From NCBI GenBank assembly GCA_966211335.1, contig CBIHNF010000001.1, positions 151,079-215,078 on the forward strand: a stretch of DNA of 64,000 nt, written 5' to 3'. A model generated the notes under the pieces. The model saw only the letters and a program-made list of their open reading frames with translations, searched no databases and had not been told where the DNA came from. This document shows positions 19,637 to 29,591 of this stretch, one piece after another. Each line of letters opens with the position of its first letter. Within the stretch, counting starts at the first letter, position 1. The position numbers and the translations under genes were made by a program. The stretch comes from an uncultured Alphaproteobacteria bacterium (lineage in GTDB: Bacteria; Pseudomonadota; Alphaproteobacteria; Micavibrionales; UBA2020).

Positions 19637-20119
19637 ATGGCAGTTGTCGCAATCAAAGAACTCCGCAGTGTTTTGCCGCCCAAAACGCGGCTTTTGGGCG
19701 TGGATCATGGCGAAAAGACGCTTGGTTTGGCCCTGTCGAACCCGGAATTGACCCTTGCCACCCCCTTCAAGACCCTGCGCCGCGTCAAATTTCTGGAAAA
19801 TATCCGCGAGCTGGCCGCCATTGCCAGCGAATATAATGTCGGCGGCATCATCTTCGGCCTGCCCCTCAATATGGATGACTCGGAAGGCCCGCGGGCGCAG
19901 AGCGTGCGCCACTACGCCATGAACCTCATCACCGAAAAAAAGACCCTCGGCTTTGAGCCCGTGATCGGCTTTTTTGACGAGCGCCTCTCGACCTTCGCAG
20001 CGGAGGAATTTCTGAGTGAAAACAATCGCATGGACCGCAAAAAACGCGATGAAATCATCGATGCGCTGGCGGCTGCCCATATCCTGCAGGGCGCGCTCGA
20101 TACCATCAACAAGGCTTGA
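19637..20119 (+). CDS. ruvX: Putative pre-16S rRNA nuclease / Holliday-junction-resolvase-like YqgF
   Basis: LLGVDHGEKTLGLALSN...GIIFGLPLNMDDSEGP...DERLST..A are YqgF motifs. It is the in-frame C-terminal part of the listed 19124..20119 ORF and is divergent from gatC. Confidence 0.88.
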   Translation: MAVVAIKELRSVLPPKTRLLGVDHGEKTLGLALSNPELTLATPFKTLRRVKFLENIRELAAIASEYNVGGIIFGLPLNMDDSEGPRAQSVRHYAMNLITEKKTLGFEPVIGFFDERLSTFAAEEFLSENNRMDRKKRDEIIDALAAAHILQGALDTINKA

Positions 20120-20175
20120 CCCGCGACGCCTTGGAAGATAGACATAATCCTCTTTACCAGCGGAAAGTCAGACCC

Positions 20176-20652
20176 ATGCAGCCGACGACCAAGACCTTTG
20201 CCCAGTTCACCGACTACAGCTGGCGCACCAGCGCACCGGTCGAGATTACGAGCGAGGCGGAAGCCCTGCAGCATGCGACCGCGCGCAGAGCCATTCTGTT
20301 CACGACCTTCGACCAAACCTCCGTCACCATCAACGGCAAGGAAATGACCGGCGAGCCGGAAAACCGCTCCGCCCGCCGCTATGTCGGCATCGACAAAGTC
20401 TATACCCGCGACGAAGTGATTCAGTCGATGGAAGACGAAAAGAAAACCCTCTCCCGCGACTGGGCCGCCGCCGTCAACGGCGTGATCCGCGAATACAAGA
20501 AAATGCCGGCCGACAGCCTGCACATCACCGGCCTCGAGCGGCAGGGCGAATTCATCACGCTGAAAGCAGGCGAGAAAGTTTTTGACCGCACCGGCAAGCA
20601 GCTTTACCCCGCTGCGGGCAATGCTGCGCCGAAGGTAACGCCGAAGCCTTAA
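20176..20652 (+). CDS. Hypothetical protein; its N-terminus weakly resembles the 37.5-39.4 kb paralog family
   Basis: FAQFTDYSW...(24 aa)...RRAILFTTFDQTSVTI compares with FEKLNDYTL...(20 aa)...RRIFNFRACQVTEI in the array. It ends in PKVTPKP. The ATG at 20176 is preceded by GGAAAG. Confidence 0.5.
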   Translation: MQPTTKTFAQFTDYSWRTSAPVEITSEAEALQHATARRAILFTTFDQTSVTINGKEMTGEPENRSARRYVGIDKVYTRDEVIQSMEDEKKTLSRDWAAAVNGVIREYKKMPADSLHITGLERQGEFITLKAGEKVFDRTGKQLYPAAGNAAPKVTPKP

Positions 20653-21524
20653 TTCTTATGCAGCACTTTAAAAATCGCCGATGAATCCAGCTCGCCGTCG
20701 CCGGTCTTGATGACTTCGTCGAGGTGCAGCGTCGTCAGCGTCGCGGCGGGAAGGTCGATTTTCAGCTTGGCGGCGGTCTGCATGACGATGCCCATATCCT
20801 TGCGGTGCAAGGCGGCCTTGAAGCCGGGTTTATAGTCGTTGCTAAGCATGCGAGCCCCGTGCACTTCCATGATTTTGCTGCCGGCAAAGCCGCCCATGAG
20901 GGCTTCGCGCACCTTGGCGCCATCAACGCCGGATTTTTCGGCGAGCAGCAGCGCTTCGGACACCGCCTCTATCGTGACGGCGACGACGATCTGGTTGCAG
21001 GCCTTGGCCACCTGCCCCGCGCCGGTATCCCCCACATGCACGATGTTTTTACCCATTTTCTCAAAATAGGGTTTCACGCGCGCAAAAATATCGGGCGCGC
21101 CGCCGCACATGATGGAGAGGGTGCCGGCAATGGCCCCCGCTTCGCCGCCGCTGACGGGCGCATCCAGCATATGGACGCCTTTTTCATTCTGCAGCCGCGC
21201 TGCGAACTGCTTGGTTGAATCCGGCGAAATGGTGCTCATATCCACAATCACGCTACCGGGTTTTGCCCCTGCGGCCAGACCATCTTTGCCGAAGATAACT
21301 TCTTCCACATCCGGCGTGTCGGAAACGCAGGTGAAAATGATATCGGCGTTTTCGGCGACTTGCCTTGGGGAGGCATAGGCCTTGCCGCCGGCGGCGATCA
21401 CGGGCGCGGCGCGGTCTGCCTTGCGGGCGAAGACCGCCACATCGAACCCTGCCTTGCGCAAATTCAGCGCCATCGGCTGCCCCATGATGCCAAGGCCGAT
21501 GAATCCCAGTTTTTCAGTTGTCAT
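20649..21524 (-). CDS. NAD(P)-dependent 3-hydroxyisobutyrate / 2-hydroxy-3-oxopropionate (tartronate semialdehyde) reductase family dehydrogenase
   Basis: The Rossmann motif is LGFIGLGIMGQPMALNL, with DAPVSGG and KACNQ typical of the HIBADH family. Its ATG overlaps the addA stop (4 nt). Confidence 0.85.
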   Translation of the reverse strand: MTTEKLGFIGLGIMGQPMALNLRKAGFDVAVFARKADRAAPVIAAGGKAYASPRQVAENADIIFTCVSDTPDVEEVIFGKDGLAAGAKPGSVIVDMSTISPDSTKQFAARLQNEKGVHMLDAPVSGGEAGAIAGTLSIMCGGAPDIFARVKPYFEKMGKNIVHVGDTGAGQVAKACNQIVVAVTIEAVSEALLLAEKSGVDGAKVREALMGGFAGSKIMEVHGARMLSNDYKPGFKAALHRKDMGIVMQTAAKLKIDLPAATLTTLHLDEVIKTGDGELDSSAIFKVLHKN

Positions 21525-24500
21525 GGTGCAGCAGGGCCTTTTTTGTCAGGAGTTTTATTGTCGGGTTTATGGTGGGGCTTGAGGTCGATGCGTTTCAAGG
21601 CGGCATCGAGCTTCTTGTTCGGCAGCGGCATCAGCTTCGCTTCGCGGGTGTAGAGCAGCGCGCATTTGATCTGCTTGTCCGGGTAAATCTGCTGCAGCGC
21701 CATGCGGTAGGAGGCAAGCTGGACGATGTATTTGTCCGATACTTCCGCCAGCTTCTTCGGCACCTTGGCCGAATTCTTGAAGTCGACGATGAGCACAGTT
21801 TTATCATCTACGACCAATCTATCGATCTGGCCGGACATCAATTGTTTCTGCCCGCCCTTGTCGAAGTGGCCGGTGATGGAGACTTCCGCGCGGCTGTTGG
21901 GGCCGAAGAGGGCGCCGAATTCAGGGTCGCTCAAAATCTTCATGACCTGTTTTGCCGACGCATCCTGATCCGCCGCCGACAGGTTCCAGCCGGGTTTGGA
22001 CAGGTGCTTGCGGGCCGCAACTTCGCGCTCGTCGGGCGGCAGGCTGGGCAGGAATTCAAACAGTTCGTGGATGACGGTGCCGAGGCGGCGGGAATAGGTC
22101 TCCCGCTCCGCTTCCAGCGGCGAGGGGGCGGAGTAATTGTCATTCGATGATTTATATTCCGACGGGCGGAATTTTTTTACCGGTGCCGCTTCCTGTTTCG
22201 GCAGCGTGCGCGCCCAGACGGGAATGCCCACGGCTTTCGCCTTGCCGATGGGCTTCAACCCGTCCGGCACGGCGCGCGCGGTTTGCTTGACGCTGAAGCG
22301 GAGAACTTTTTCTGGCTCCGGCGGCGGCAACGCATCTGCTTCCGGCGCGGCGTCCTTCTTCGCCGCTTTGTCGAAGGAGGCGGCGAGAGGTTTATTATCG
22401 TTGGCGGATTTCGGCGCCTCAACTTCTTCCGTGCCCTTCAGGTAATTCTGCAGGCCGGTTTTGATGAGGCTGTACCATGATTTTTCCGAACGGCGGTCGG
22501 CGTTCTGGAAGCCGTGCACGTAGAGGCGATCACCGGCACGGGTCATGGCGACATAGAGCAGGCGGCGGAATTCGCGGTCGCGCTCCAGCTCGGCCTTTTC
22601 GCGTTCGGCGGCGAAGGCTTTCGATTCAAGGTCGGAGCGCGCGACCCAGAGCGGCACGGTGCGGGAGCCTTCCGGCCAGAGGAATTTCGGCCGTGCGCGG
22701 GCGTTGTCTTCCGGCAGGCCGGTGGTATCGGGCAAAATAACGATGGGCGCTTCCAATCCCTTGGCGCCATGCACGGTCATGATATGTACGCGCGGTGTTT
22801 CGGGGTTGAGGTTAATTTCCCGCTTAACTTCCGCTTCGCCGGCATCGAGCCAGGCGAGGAAGCCTTGCAGCGAGGCGACGTGGTTTTTCTCGAACCGTTC
22901 GACGGCGTTGAGGAATTCGACCAGCGGGTCTTCCGCTTCAAAACCCAAGCGCGCGTACATGGCGTTGAGGCCGGACTTCTGGTTGCCGGGGCAGGTATTC
23001 ATCAAAATTGACGAATAAAACTCGTACGGCCGCTCGGCATTGAAGGTCTGCCGGAGGTTCGAGAGATATTCAAGGGCATCCTTATAAATGCGGCCCGCAT
23101 CGCCCGGCTTGGCATTTTTGTTTTCCTCGGCCTTTGCCTGCAGCGCGGCCCATAAATCTGCCGGGCGGCCGACGGCCAGGTCTTCCAGTTGCTGGTCGTT
23201 CATGCCGATGAGCGGGGTTTTGAGGACGGAGGCGAGTTTGTAATCATCGCGCGGGAACAGGAGGGATTCACCAAGCGCGACAAGATCCATGACGGCAATC
23301 TGCTCGCGGAGCGACATGCGGTCGGCACCGGCGACAGGAATGTCGCGTTTTTTGAGCGCGCGCACGACGTCATCGACGAAAGCAGAACGGCGGCGGACGA
23401 GGATGAGGATATCGGCAGGGTTGATGGGGCGTTTGCGGGATTCAAGCTGCTCGCCGCTATCCAGCCAGCCTTTAATTTGCTCGGCGATATTATCGGCGAG
23501 ATCGCCTGCGGGGTCTTTGCCGGATTCCATTTCGGTCGGCAGCGACCACGGTTTGGTCGGCGGCTGTTCTTCGCCGCGCACGACGGGGTGCACCTCGACC
23601 ACGCCCGCCTGCCCGCGGCGGAAGGGCGTGTGGTGGACTTGCTTCTTGCCGGCGTCTTCTTCAAAGAACAAACCGTCCGATGCTTCAGGGTTGGTGAAAA
23701 CGGCATCCACCGCCTGCGTAATCGCAGGGCTGGAGCGGAAGGCGATTTCCATTTCAACTTCGCGCCATTTACCGCCGGACTGTTTTACGAGATCGGCAAA
23801 GAATTTTTTGCGGAGGTTGAATTCCTTGGGGTCGGCCCGCTGGAAGCTGAAGATGGATTGTTTTTCATCGCCGACGACGAAGATGGTGTGGTCTTTTGCC
23901 GCTTTGCGCTGCGCGTTGGTGAAAAATTCGCGCGCGATGGCGGCGACAAGCTGCCACTGGTCGGGGTTGGTGTCCTGCGCTTCATCGACGAGGATATGCT
24001 GCAGGTTGCCCGGCAGTTTTTGCAGCACCCAGGCGGCGGCATTGTCCTGATTCATCATCTTGTTCGCGCTATGCACAAGGTCGTCATAGTCGAGCAGGTT
24101 GAGGGAGCGTTTTTTCTCGCCGTATTTTTCGAGGATGGCGCCGGAGAGGCGCAAAATGGACTCCGTGCCGCGCGCGACGTTCATGGTGGAAATGGCTTCG
24201 ATGCCGTCCATCAGGCGTTCGGCTTCCTGCTCCATCGCGTCTTGCGCGGCGGCGGTTGCCTTGGTGGTCAGCCGTTTGCGCATTTCGCGGTCTTGCGTCA
24301 GGAAGACGGAAGCGTAATCCCAGAACAATTCCTGCCGCTGTTCGGGGTGCAGAATCCAGGCCTTAATCATCTTGGCTTTTTCAAGGTCGCTGGGGGAGCC
24401 GCCGGCGAGAATGTCTGCGGCATCTTTCAAAGCATCAAGATCCGGCGAATTGCCGTTGAGGCCGATGTCGGTGTTCAGAAGCGCGTTCATATCGACAGGG

Positions 24501-25246
24501 TCGCGGCCCTTGGTGGCGCCGAGGGTTTTGTAAACCGCGTCAATCGTCGGCTCCATGCCGCCCGCGGCGGTGAAGGTCGAGAGCAGCTGGCCGCGGCGGT
24601 AGGTCAGTTCGTTGATGAGGGCGGAAAAATCATCTTCCGACATTTCCGGCGTCACCATGTTGACGGCCTTGGCAAGCTCGGTATCGGGATGTTTGCGCAC
24701 TTCCCGCAGCACATCGGCCTGCGCCGAGCGCAGCATTTCGGCGGAGGTCTGGTCGTCCATCACGTCGAAATACGGCGGAATGCCCGATTCAATCGGGAAG
24801 CGGCGCAAAAGGTTCTGGGAGAAGGAGTGGATTGTCTGCACGCGCATGCCGCCGTAGGCATCGAGGAATTCGGCAAACATCTGGCGGGCGCGCGTGGTCA
24901 CTTCCGGCGTCGGCTTGCGGCCGGTCAGTTTGGTCAGTTTGTCGGTCAGCTTGTCGTCATCGCAGGTGGCCCAGGTGCTGAGTTCTTCGCGGATGCGGTT
25001 GGTCATGACGGAGGCCGCGGCCTTGGTAAACGTCAGGCACAAAATCTGGTCAGGCTTCGAGCCATTCAGCATCAGGCGCAGCACGCGGTCGGTTAAAACT
25101 TTTGTCTTGCCGGTACCGGCCGAAGCCGTCACCCAGACGGAAGCCTGCGGATCAGACGCCTGACGCTGCACGACGTTGGGATCGGGGCGGCCTTTGCTGC
25201 CGCCGGCGGCTTTCAATTGCTTTTTGGGGGTCGAACCATCGGCCAT
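21521..25246 (-). CDS. addA: Double-strand break repair helicase-nuclease AddA (alphaproteobacterial type)
   Basis: UvrD/PcrA helicase motifs are present: ASAGTGKTKVLT (Walker A), ILVDEAQDTNP, VGDEKQSIFSFQRA, TVHGAKGLEAP and YVAMTRA. A C-terminal PD-(D/E)XK-like nuclease region reads GQIDRLVV...IVDFK. It lies immediately downstream of addB with a TAATG overlap. Confidence 0.93.
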   Translation of the reverse strand: MADGSTPKKQLKAAGGSKGRPDPNVVQRQASDPQASVWVTASAGTGKTKVLTDRVLRLMLNGSKPDQILCLTFTKAAASVMTNRIREELSTWATCDDDKLTDKLTKLTGRKPTPEVTTRARQMFAEFLDAYGGMRVQTIHSFSQNLLRRFPIESGIPPYFDVMDDQTSAEMLRSAQADVLREVRKHPDTELAKAVNMVTPEMSEDDFSALINELTYRRGQLLSTFTAAGGMEPTIDAVYKTLGATKGRDPVDMNALLNTDIGLNGNSPDLDALKDAADILAGGSPSDLEKAKMIKAWILHPEQRQELFWDYASVFLTQDREMRKRLTTKATAAAQDAMEQEAERLMDGIEAISTMNVARGTESILRLSGAILEKYGEKKRSLNLLDYDDLVHSANKMMNQDNAAAWVLQKLPGNLQHILVDEAQDTNPDQWQLVAAIAREFFTNAQRKAAKDHTIFVVGDEKQSIFSFQRADPKEFNLRKKFFADLVKQSGGKWREVEMEIAFRSSPAITQAVDAVFTNPEASDGLFFEEDAGKKQVHHTPFRRGQAGVVEVHPVVRGEEQPPTKPWSLPTEMESGKDPAGDLADNIAEQIKGWLDSGEQLESRKRPINPADILILVRRRSAFVDDVVRALKKRDIPVAGADRMSLREQIAVMDLVALGESLLFPRDDYKLASVLKTPLIGMNDQQLEDLAVGRPADLWAALQAKAEENKNAKPGDAGRIYKDALEYLSNLRQTFNAERPYEFYSSILMNTCPGNQKSGLNAMYARLGFEAEDPLVEFLNAVERFEKNHVASLQGFLAWLDAGEAEVKREINLNPETPRVHIMTVHGAKGLEAPIVILPDTTGLPEDNARARPKFLWPEGSRTVPLWVARSDLESKAFAAEREKAELERDREFRRLLYVAMTRAGDRLYVHGFQNADRRSEKSWYSLIKTGLQNYLKGTEEVEAPKSANDNKPLAASFDKAAKKDAAPEADALPPPEPEKVLRFSVKQTARAVPDGLKPIGKAKAVGIPVWARTLPKQEAAPVKKFRPSEYKSSNDNYSAPSPLEAERETYSRRLGTVIHELFEFLPSLPPDEREVAARKHLSKPGWNLSAADQDASAKQVMKILSDPEFGALFGPNSRAEVSITGHFDKGGQKQLMSGQIDRLVVDDKTVLIVDFKNSAKVPKKLAEVSDKYIVQLASYRMALQQIYPDKQIKCALLYTREAKLMPLPNKKLDAALKRIDLKPHHKPDNKTPDKKGPAAP

Positions 25247-28200
25247 TATTTTGACCCTCCTTTACCAGCTGTCGGTGTGCGGCGCGCCGTGGTCTTCTTG
25301 GTTTTTTTCTTGGCGCCCGTCTGCTTCACGGTGCTCCACTCGCCGGCACGGCTGAGGTGTTCGTAGTTATGGTAGCGCGGCGCCCATTCGGGCTTCGGCG
25401 TCGAAAGGTATGGCGTTTTCTTGTCGTTGAAGGTTTTGACCAGATTCGTCACGCCTTCGCGCGCTTCGGAGACGAGCTGTTTCACATCGCCCTTGACCTT
25501 GGTCACTTCCGCCGCCGGACGGCCGCCGGAGAGTTTCCAGTACTGGATTTCGCCGACTTCATTGGCATCAATTTTATCGAAGCCCCCTGTGAAGGCGATG
25601 AGCGCTTCGAGCGTCAGCTGCGGAGAAAACCCAAGTGCGACGGATTTCTGCGTCGGTACGGCGCCGGTTTTATAGTCGATGATCACGGTCTGGTCATCCG
25701 CGTTGCGGTCGATACGGTCGGCGATGGCGGTGAGGGTGAAGGTTTCGCCATCCCCCAGATCAATCTCCAGCTTGCCGCGCACTTCTGTGCCGAGGTTGCG
25801 GGTCATTTCGCGGCGCTCGGCTTCAAACTTCACGAACCATTTGGCAATACGCTCGAAGCGCGGCCACCAGAAGGACTGCACCGACGGGTTGTTGAGGCGC
25901 GTCTTGAAAGCATCCTCGCCGATTTTCAGCAATTCTTCATAGGCGTTGTCCGGCATGCGGTCAGGATATTTTTTCACAAAGGCATCCAGCGCATCGTGCG
26001 TAAACGTGCCGCGTTCGGAAACGGACGGCGAGGCATCGAGCGGGTCACGCGGGCGGATTTTGAGGATGTATTTGGCGTAAACGGTATAGGGGTCGCGCAT
26101 GAGCGCTTCAATGGCGGTCGCCGGCAGCTGCTTTGGGCGCACGGCGACGGGCGGGCGCGGCTCCGGCGGCGCAATCGGCGTCACTTCGGACGGCGTATGC
26201 ATGGCGGTGTGGATGTCCAGCAGCTGGCTCTTGTTCTGGATATCATCGGCAAGGCCCGCGCCCTTCAACACCATCATAAGGCGCGTCAGGAAGGGCGATG
26301 CCACGGTCGGCGCATCGCCGGAGCGGACGGAGCGGGAGAGCAGCACATTGGGGTTGGAAATGGCCTGCATAAACTGATGCGCCGAATGGCCGATGGATTC
26401 ATCAAGCGGCGGCAGGCCGATCGCTTTCACCATGTCGGGCGAGAGCCAGGGCGATTCATCTGGCCGCTTCGGCCAGACTTCATCGTTGAGGCCGCCGACG
26501 ATGACGGTGTCGGATTTCACGAGGCGCGCCTGTTCGGGCGTCAGGATTTTCAGCATCGGATGCGGCTGCGTTGCCGGCTGCACGTTCACATCGCGCATAA
26601 GGCCGTGCAGGACGTCCACATAGTCGCGGCCCGTGACATCGGGGATATATTTGGCGGCTTCTCGCAGCTGCGTCAGGAAACGGGCGGATTTAACGCCGTG
26701 ATCGCCGCGCCACAAACGGTCGGCACCGGATTCTTTATCGTCTTTCGCCAGGGCTTCGGCGAAGCGGATGTGATCATCCAGGAATTCCTTGAACGGCAGC
26801 GGCTTGGCCGAGGCCATTTTGTCGAAGAAGTTCTTGCCGGCGGTTTCCAGCGCATTCACGACATCGTCGAGTTCTTTTTTGGCGGCATCCAGCTCCGTCT
26901 GCGGTTTATGATCCGGCCTGCGTGCGGCGCGGTTAAAGGCGGCGGTGAGTGTCTGGCGGAGTCCTTCCGCGCCCGGCGCGGGGCGGGGGCCGTGGAGCGC
27001 GATATCTTCCAATTTGAAAAGTTTTTCGGCAAAGCCGGATTGCGCTTCACCCAAGGCGGCGAGCGGGTGCTTCAACGCCTCCAGCATTGGCACCGGGGCC
27101 CATTCTTCCGCCGCCATATTTGCGGTCGCGAGCAGGTAAATGCCGCTTTGTGTTTCGGCGAGGGATTTGCCGGCGCTGTCTTCACATTCAATTTTCCAGT
27201 GGCGCAGGCGCGCGGCGACGCGGCGGGCGAGCGAGCGGTCACCCGTGACAAGGGCGGCGGTGCGACCCGGCACTTCCAGCGTTTCGCGCATTTTGAGCGC
27301 AATGACGGAGGCTTCTTCCTGCTGGGAGCCTGCGGTAATCAAATCCATTCCGTTTAAGGATTGTACGTCAATTTCGCGCTCGCCCGTCGGTGCTACAGGG
27401 CCGTTTTTATTGGCGGCTTTGCGGGGCGTCTTGCGGCGGGCGGTCAAGTTGCTCCAGCCTTCCGAGGTGCCGGCGGGGCGCATGACTTCGCGCATCAGTT
27501 TTTGCCGCTCGGTATTCGTGGTTTTCAAATCATTGGCGCGCACATGCTTGGGCGCGGGCAGCGTTTCCTGCCAGTGCTGCACATCGGCGCGGTCGACGCC
27601 GAAGGCATTCAGCATTTTCTTGAAGGCGTATTGCGGATGCACGGGGCCCACAACATCCCAGCTTTTCTGGTCGAGCGATTTGTCAACGCCCGGCAGCACC
27701 ACCGCGCCCTGCGGCAGCTGCGAAACGGAACTCAGCAGTGACAACACCGCCGGCGTCGTATCGGTAAAGCCGACGGCGATCATGGGTTTTGTGGTGGGGT
27801 TTTGCTTCCAGTGGAAGGCCTGAATTTCAATCAACGCGTTTTTATGGTCTTCGGGGTCGACCATGCCGAGCTTTTCAAGGCGCTGCGGCCATGTATGGCT
27901 GAGGATTTTCAAAAATTCAGCAGTATGTGACCACTGCGCTTTGAATTCCGGCGGCACCAGCTTGTCGACATTCTTCAGCTCAATGTTATTGCGCTGCAGT
28001 TCATCGAGGAAGCGGCCAAGCTCGCCACCAAGCTTGATAGCTTTCTGTACCGAAGACGCCATGCCGGGGATTTTCAAAATTTCTTCGGCCAGCATGAGTT
28101 GGCGGTGGAGGCGCGGCACGGCGGGCGGAATATCCATCAGCGCCTGCGACAAAATCGGGTTGTCGGAAACCTTCAGGCCCAAATCGTCATTGTCCATGTC

Positions 28201-28476
28201 CCCGGGGCTGTCGATGCGCGGCATGATGCCGGGCTTGCCGCCCTGCTGTTCCATGAAGGCCTGACGCAGCAGGTCGCGCGTCGCGCGGTCGGGCACCAGA
28301 ATGGTGTAGTCAGAAAGCCTTAAGGGATCATCGCCGGTGCGGTCGAGGATGCCGCGCGCAACAGCATCAAGGAAGGGTTTGTCCGGCGCGACGGTGAAGA
28401 CGCGCTGTGTGCTGGCTGGTAGCGGCGAACCTGAAGTGGTCACGGCAGCTTTGTCCCTTCGCAATCCGCCAGCCAA
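25246..28476 (-). CDS. addB: Double-strand break repair protein AddB
   Basis: The 1076-aa protein is translationally coupled to addA. It has a C-terminal RecB-family nuclease region (GKLEIDL...AIADRIDR...IIDYKTG) and a degenerate N-terminal helicase-like region typical of alphaproteobacterial AddB. Confidence 0.88.
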   Translation of the reverse strand: MAGGLRRDKAAVTTSGSPLPASTQRVFTVAPDKPFLDAVARGILDRTGDDPLRLSDYTILVPDRATRDLLRQAFMEQQGGKPGIMPRIDSPGDMDNDDLGLKVSDNPILSQALMDIPPAVPRLHRQLMLAEEILKIPGMASSVQKAIKLGGELGRFLDELQRNNIELKNVDKLVPPEFKAQWSHTAEFLKILSHTWPQRLEKLGMVDPEDHKNALIEIQAFHWKQNPTTKPMIAVGFTDTTPAVLSLLSSVSQLPQGAVVLPGVDKSLDQKSWDVVGPVHPQYAFKKMLNAFGVDRADVQHWQETLPAPKHVRANDLKTTNTERQKLMREVMRPAGTSEGWSNLTARRKTPRKAANKNGPVAPTGEREIDVQSLNGMDLITAGSQQEEASVIALKMRETLEVPGRTAALVTGDRSLARRVAARLRHWKIECEDSAGKSLAETQSGIYLLATANMAAEEWAPVPMLEALKHPLAALGEAQSGFAEKLFKLEDIALHGPRPAPGAEGLRQTLTAAFNRAARRPDHKPQTELDAAKKELDDVVNALETAGKNFFDKMASAKPLPFKEFLDDHIRFAEALAKDDKESGADRLWRGDHGVKSARFLTQLREAAKYIPDVTGRDYVDVLHGLMRDVNVQPATQPHPMLKILTPEQARLVKSDTVIVGGLNDEVWPKRPDESPWLSPDMVKAIGLPPLDESIGHSAHQFMQAISNPNVLLSRSVRSGDAPTVASPFLTRLMMVLKGAGLADDIQNKSQLLDIHTAMHTPSEVTPIAPPEPRPPVAVRPKQLPATAIEALMRDPYTVYAKYILKIRPRDPLDASPSVSERGTFTHDALDAFVKKYPDRMPDNAYEELLKIGEDAFKTRLNNPSVQSFWWPRFERIAKWFVKFEAERREMTRNLGTEVRGKLEIDLGDGETFTLTAIADRIDRNADDQTVIIDYKTGAVPTQKSVALGFSPQLTLEALIAFTGGFDKIDANEVGEIQYWKLSGGRPAAEVTKVKGDVKQLVSEAREGVTNLVKTFNDKKTPYLSTPKPEWAPRYHNYEHLSRAGEWSTVKQTGAKKKTKKTTARRTPTAGKGGSK

Positions 28477-28777
28477 TATATATTGGCAGGCAGCGTTGAA
28501 AAACCGAATCTGGATGTCTCAAGGTTGATGGTCATAATTAGAACGAAACGGTTCTAAAAGATATGGGCCATCTGGTCTTATCCACAGCAAATTCAGGTCA
28601 GGTTATGTGCTATGGCTCGAAGCCTATTTCATTCATATGAAAAGTCAAGGCGTGGCCGTAAAAATTACCTGCCCTTTTTCGCCGATTGCACCCTAGACGG
28701 GTAACAAGCGGAAAGCGTATGTTGCGTTAAGTTGCGCGGCGCAGAAAAAGCCGCCTCAATAAGGGATCAATAAAATT

Positions 28778-29158
28778 ATGGCAAATATAGACCGCCCCCT
28801 TTCCCCGCACCTGCAGGTCTATCGCTGGAAGCTGACGATGGCGATGTCCATCCTGCACCGCATGACCGGCGTGGGCCTCGCCTTCGGCGCGATTATCCTG
28901 ACCTGGTGGCTGCTCGCCGCCTGGATGGGCCCGCAAAGCTTTGCGCAGTTTCATGACCTTGCGCATTCCATTGTCGGGCAGCTGATGCTGTTCGGCTGGG
29001 TCTGGGCCTTCAGCTACCACTTCTTCAACGGCATCCGCCACATGGTCTGGGACACCGGACGCTGGCTTGACCTCAAGCACGCTTTTGCCAGCGGCTGGGT
29101 TGTGCTGATTTTGTCGTTCATTTCCGCCGGCGCCATCTGGTGCGCGGCCACCAACTAA
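28778..29158 (+). CDS. sdhC: Succinate dehydrogenase cytochrome b556 subunit
   Basis: RPLSPHLQVYRWKLTMAMSILHRMTGV is the canonical SdhC N-terminus. It is the first gene of sdhCDAB. Confidence 0.93.
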   Translation: MANIDRPLSPHLQVYRWKLTMAMSILHRMTGVGLAFGAIILTWWLLAAWMGPQSFAQFHDLAHSIVGQLMLFGWVWAFSYHFFNGIRHMVWDTGRWLDLKHAFASGWVVLILSFISAGAIWCAATN

Positions 29159-29175
29159 GAGCAGGACGTTTCAAC

Positions 29176-29586
29176 ATGGCACATGGCCAGCCTTCCCTTC
29201 GCACCCCCCTTGGCCGCGCGCGTGGCATGGGTTCTGCCCAATCCGGCACGCACCACTGGTGGATGCAGCGGGTTTCTTCCATCGCGCTGCTGCCTTTAAG
29301 CCTGTTCTGGCTGTTCTCGCTGCATAATATTGTTGATGCTGATCACGCGCATTTCGTGAACTGGATCGGCCACCCGGCGATTGCGATTGCCGCTATTCTT
29401 TTCGTCATCGCCAGTTTCTACCATGCCGCCCTTGGCCTGCAGGTGGTGGTTGAAGACTATGTGCATCATGAAGGCTGGAAACTTGGCCTTCTGCTGCTAA
29501 ATCAGATTGGCTTTATTTTTATGGGCGTCGCTTGCGTTGCCGCCATTGTGTGGCTTAGCCTCGCCGCTCACGTCATTTCCGGGTAA
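29176..29586 (+). CDS. sdhD: Succinate dehydrogenase hydrophobic membrane anchor subunit
   Basis: [23 protein letters not shown] is followed by three hydrophobic helices. I prefer the ATG at 29176 because the listed 29140 start overlaps the end of sdhC. Confidence 0.88.
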   Translation: MAHGQPSLRTPLGRARGMGSAQSGTHHWWMQRVSSIALLPLSLFWLFSLHNIVDADHAHFVNWIGHPAIAIAAILFVIASFYHAALGLQVVVEDYVHHEGWKLGLLLLNQIGFIFMGVACVAAIVWLSLAAHVISG

Positions 29587-29591
29587 TCACC

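Noticed and set aside
28578-28586. A perfect DnaA-box 9-mer, TTATCCACA, in the addB-sdhC intergenic region.
   Set aside because: It is a single isolated box with no cluster of boxes, no adjacent AT-rich unwinding repeats and no origin-linked genes (dnaA, hemE, parAB) nearby. One occurrence is compatible with chance.
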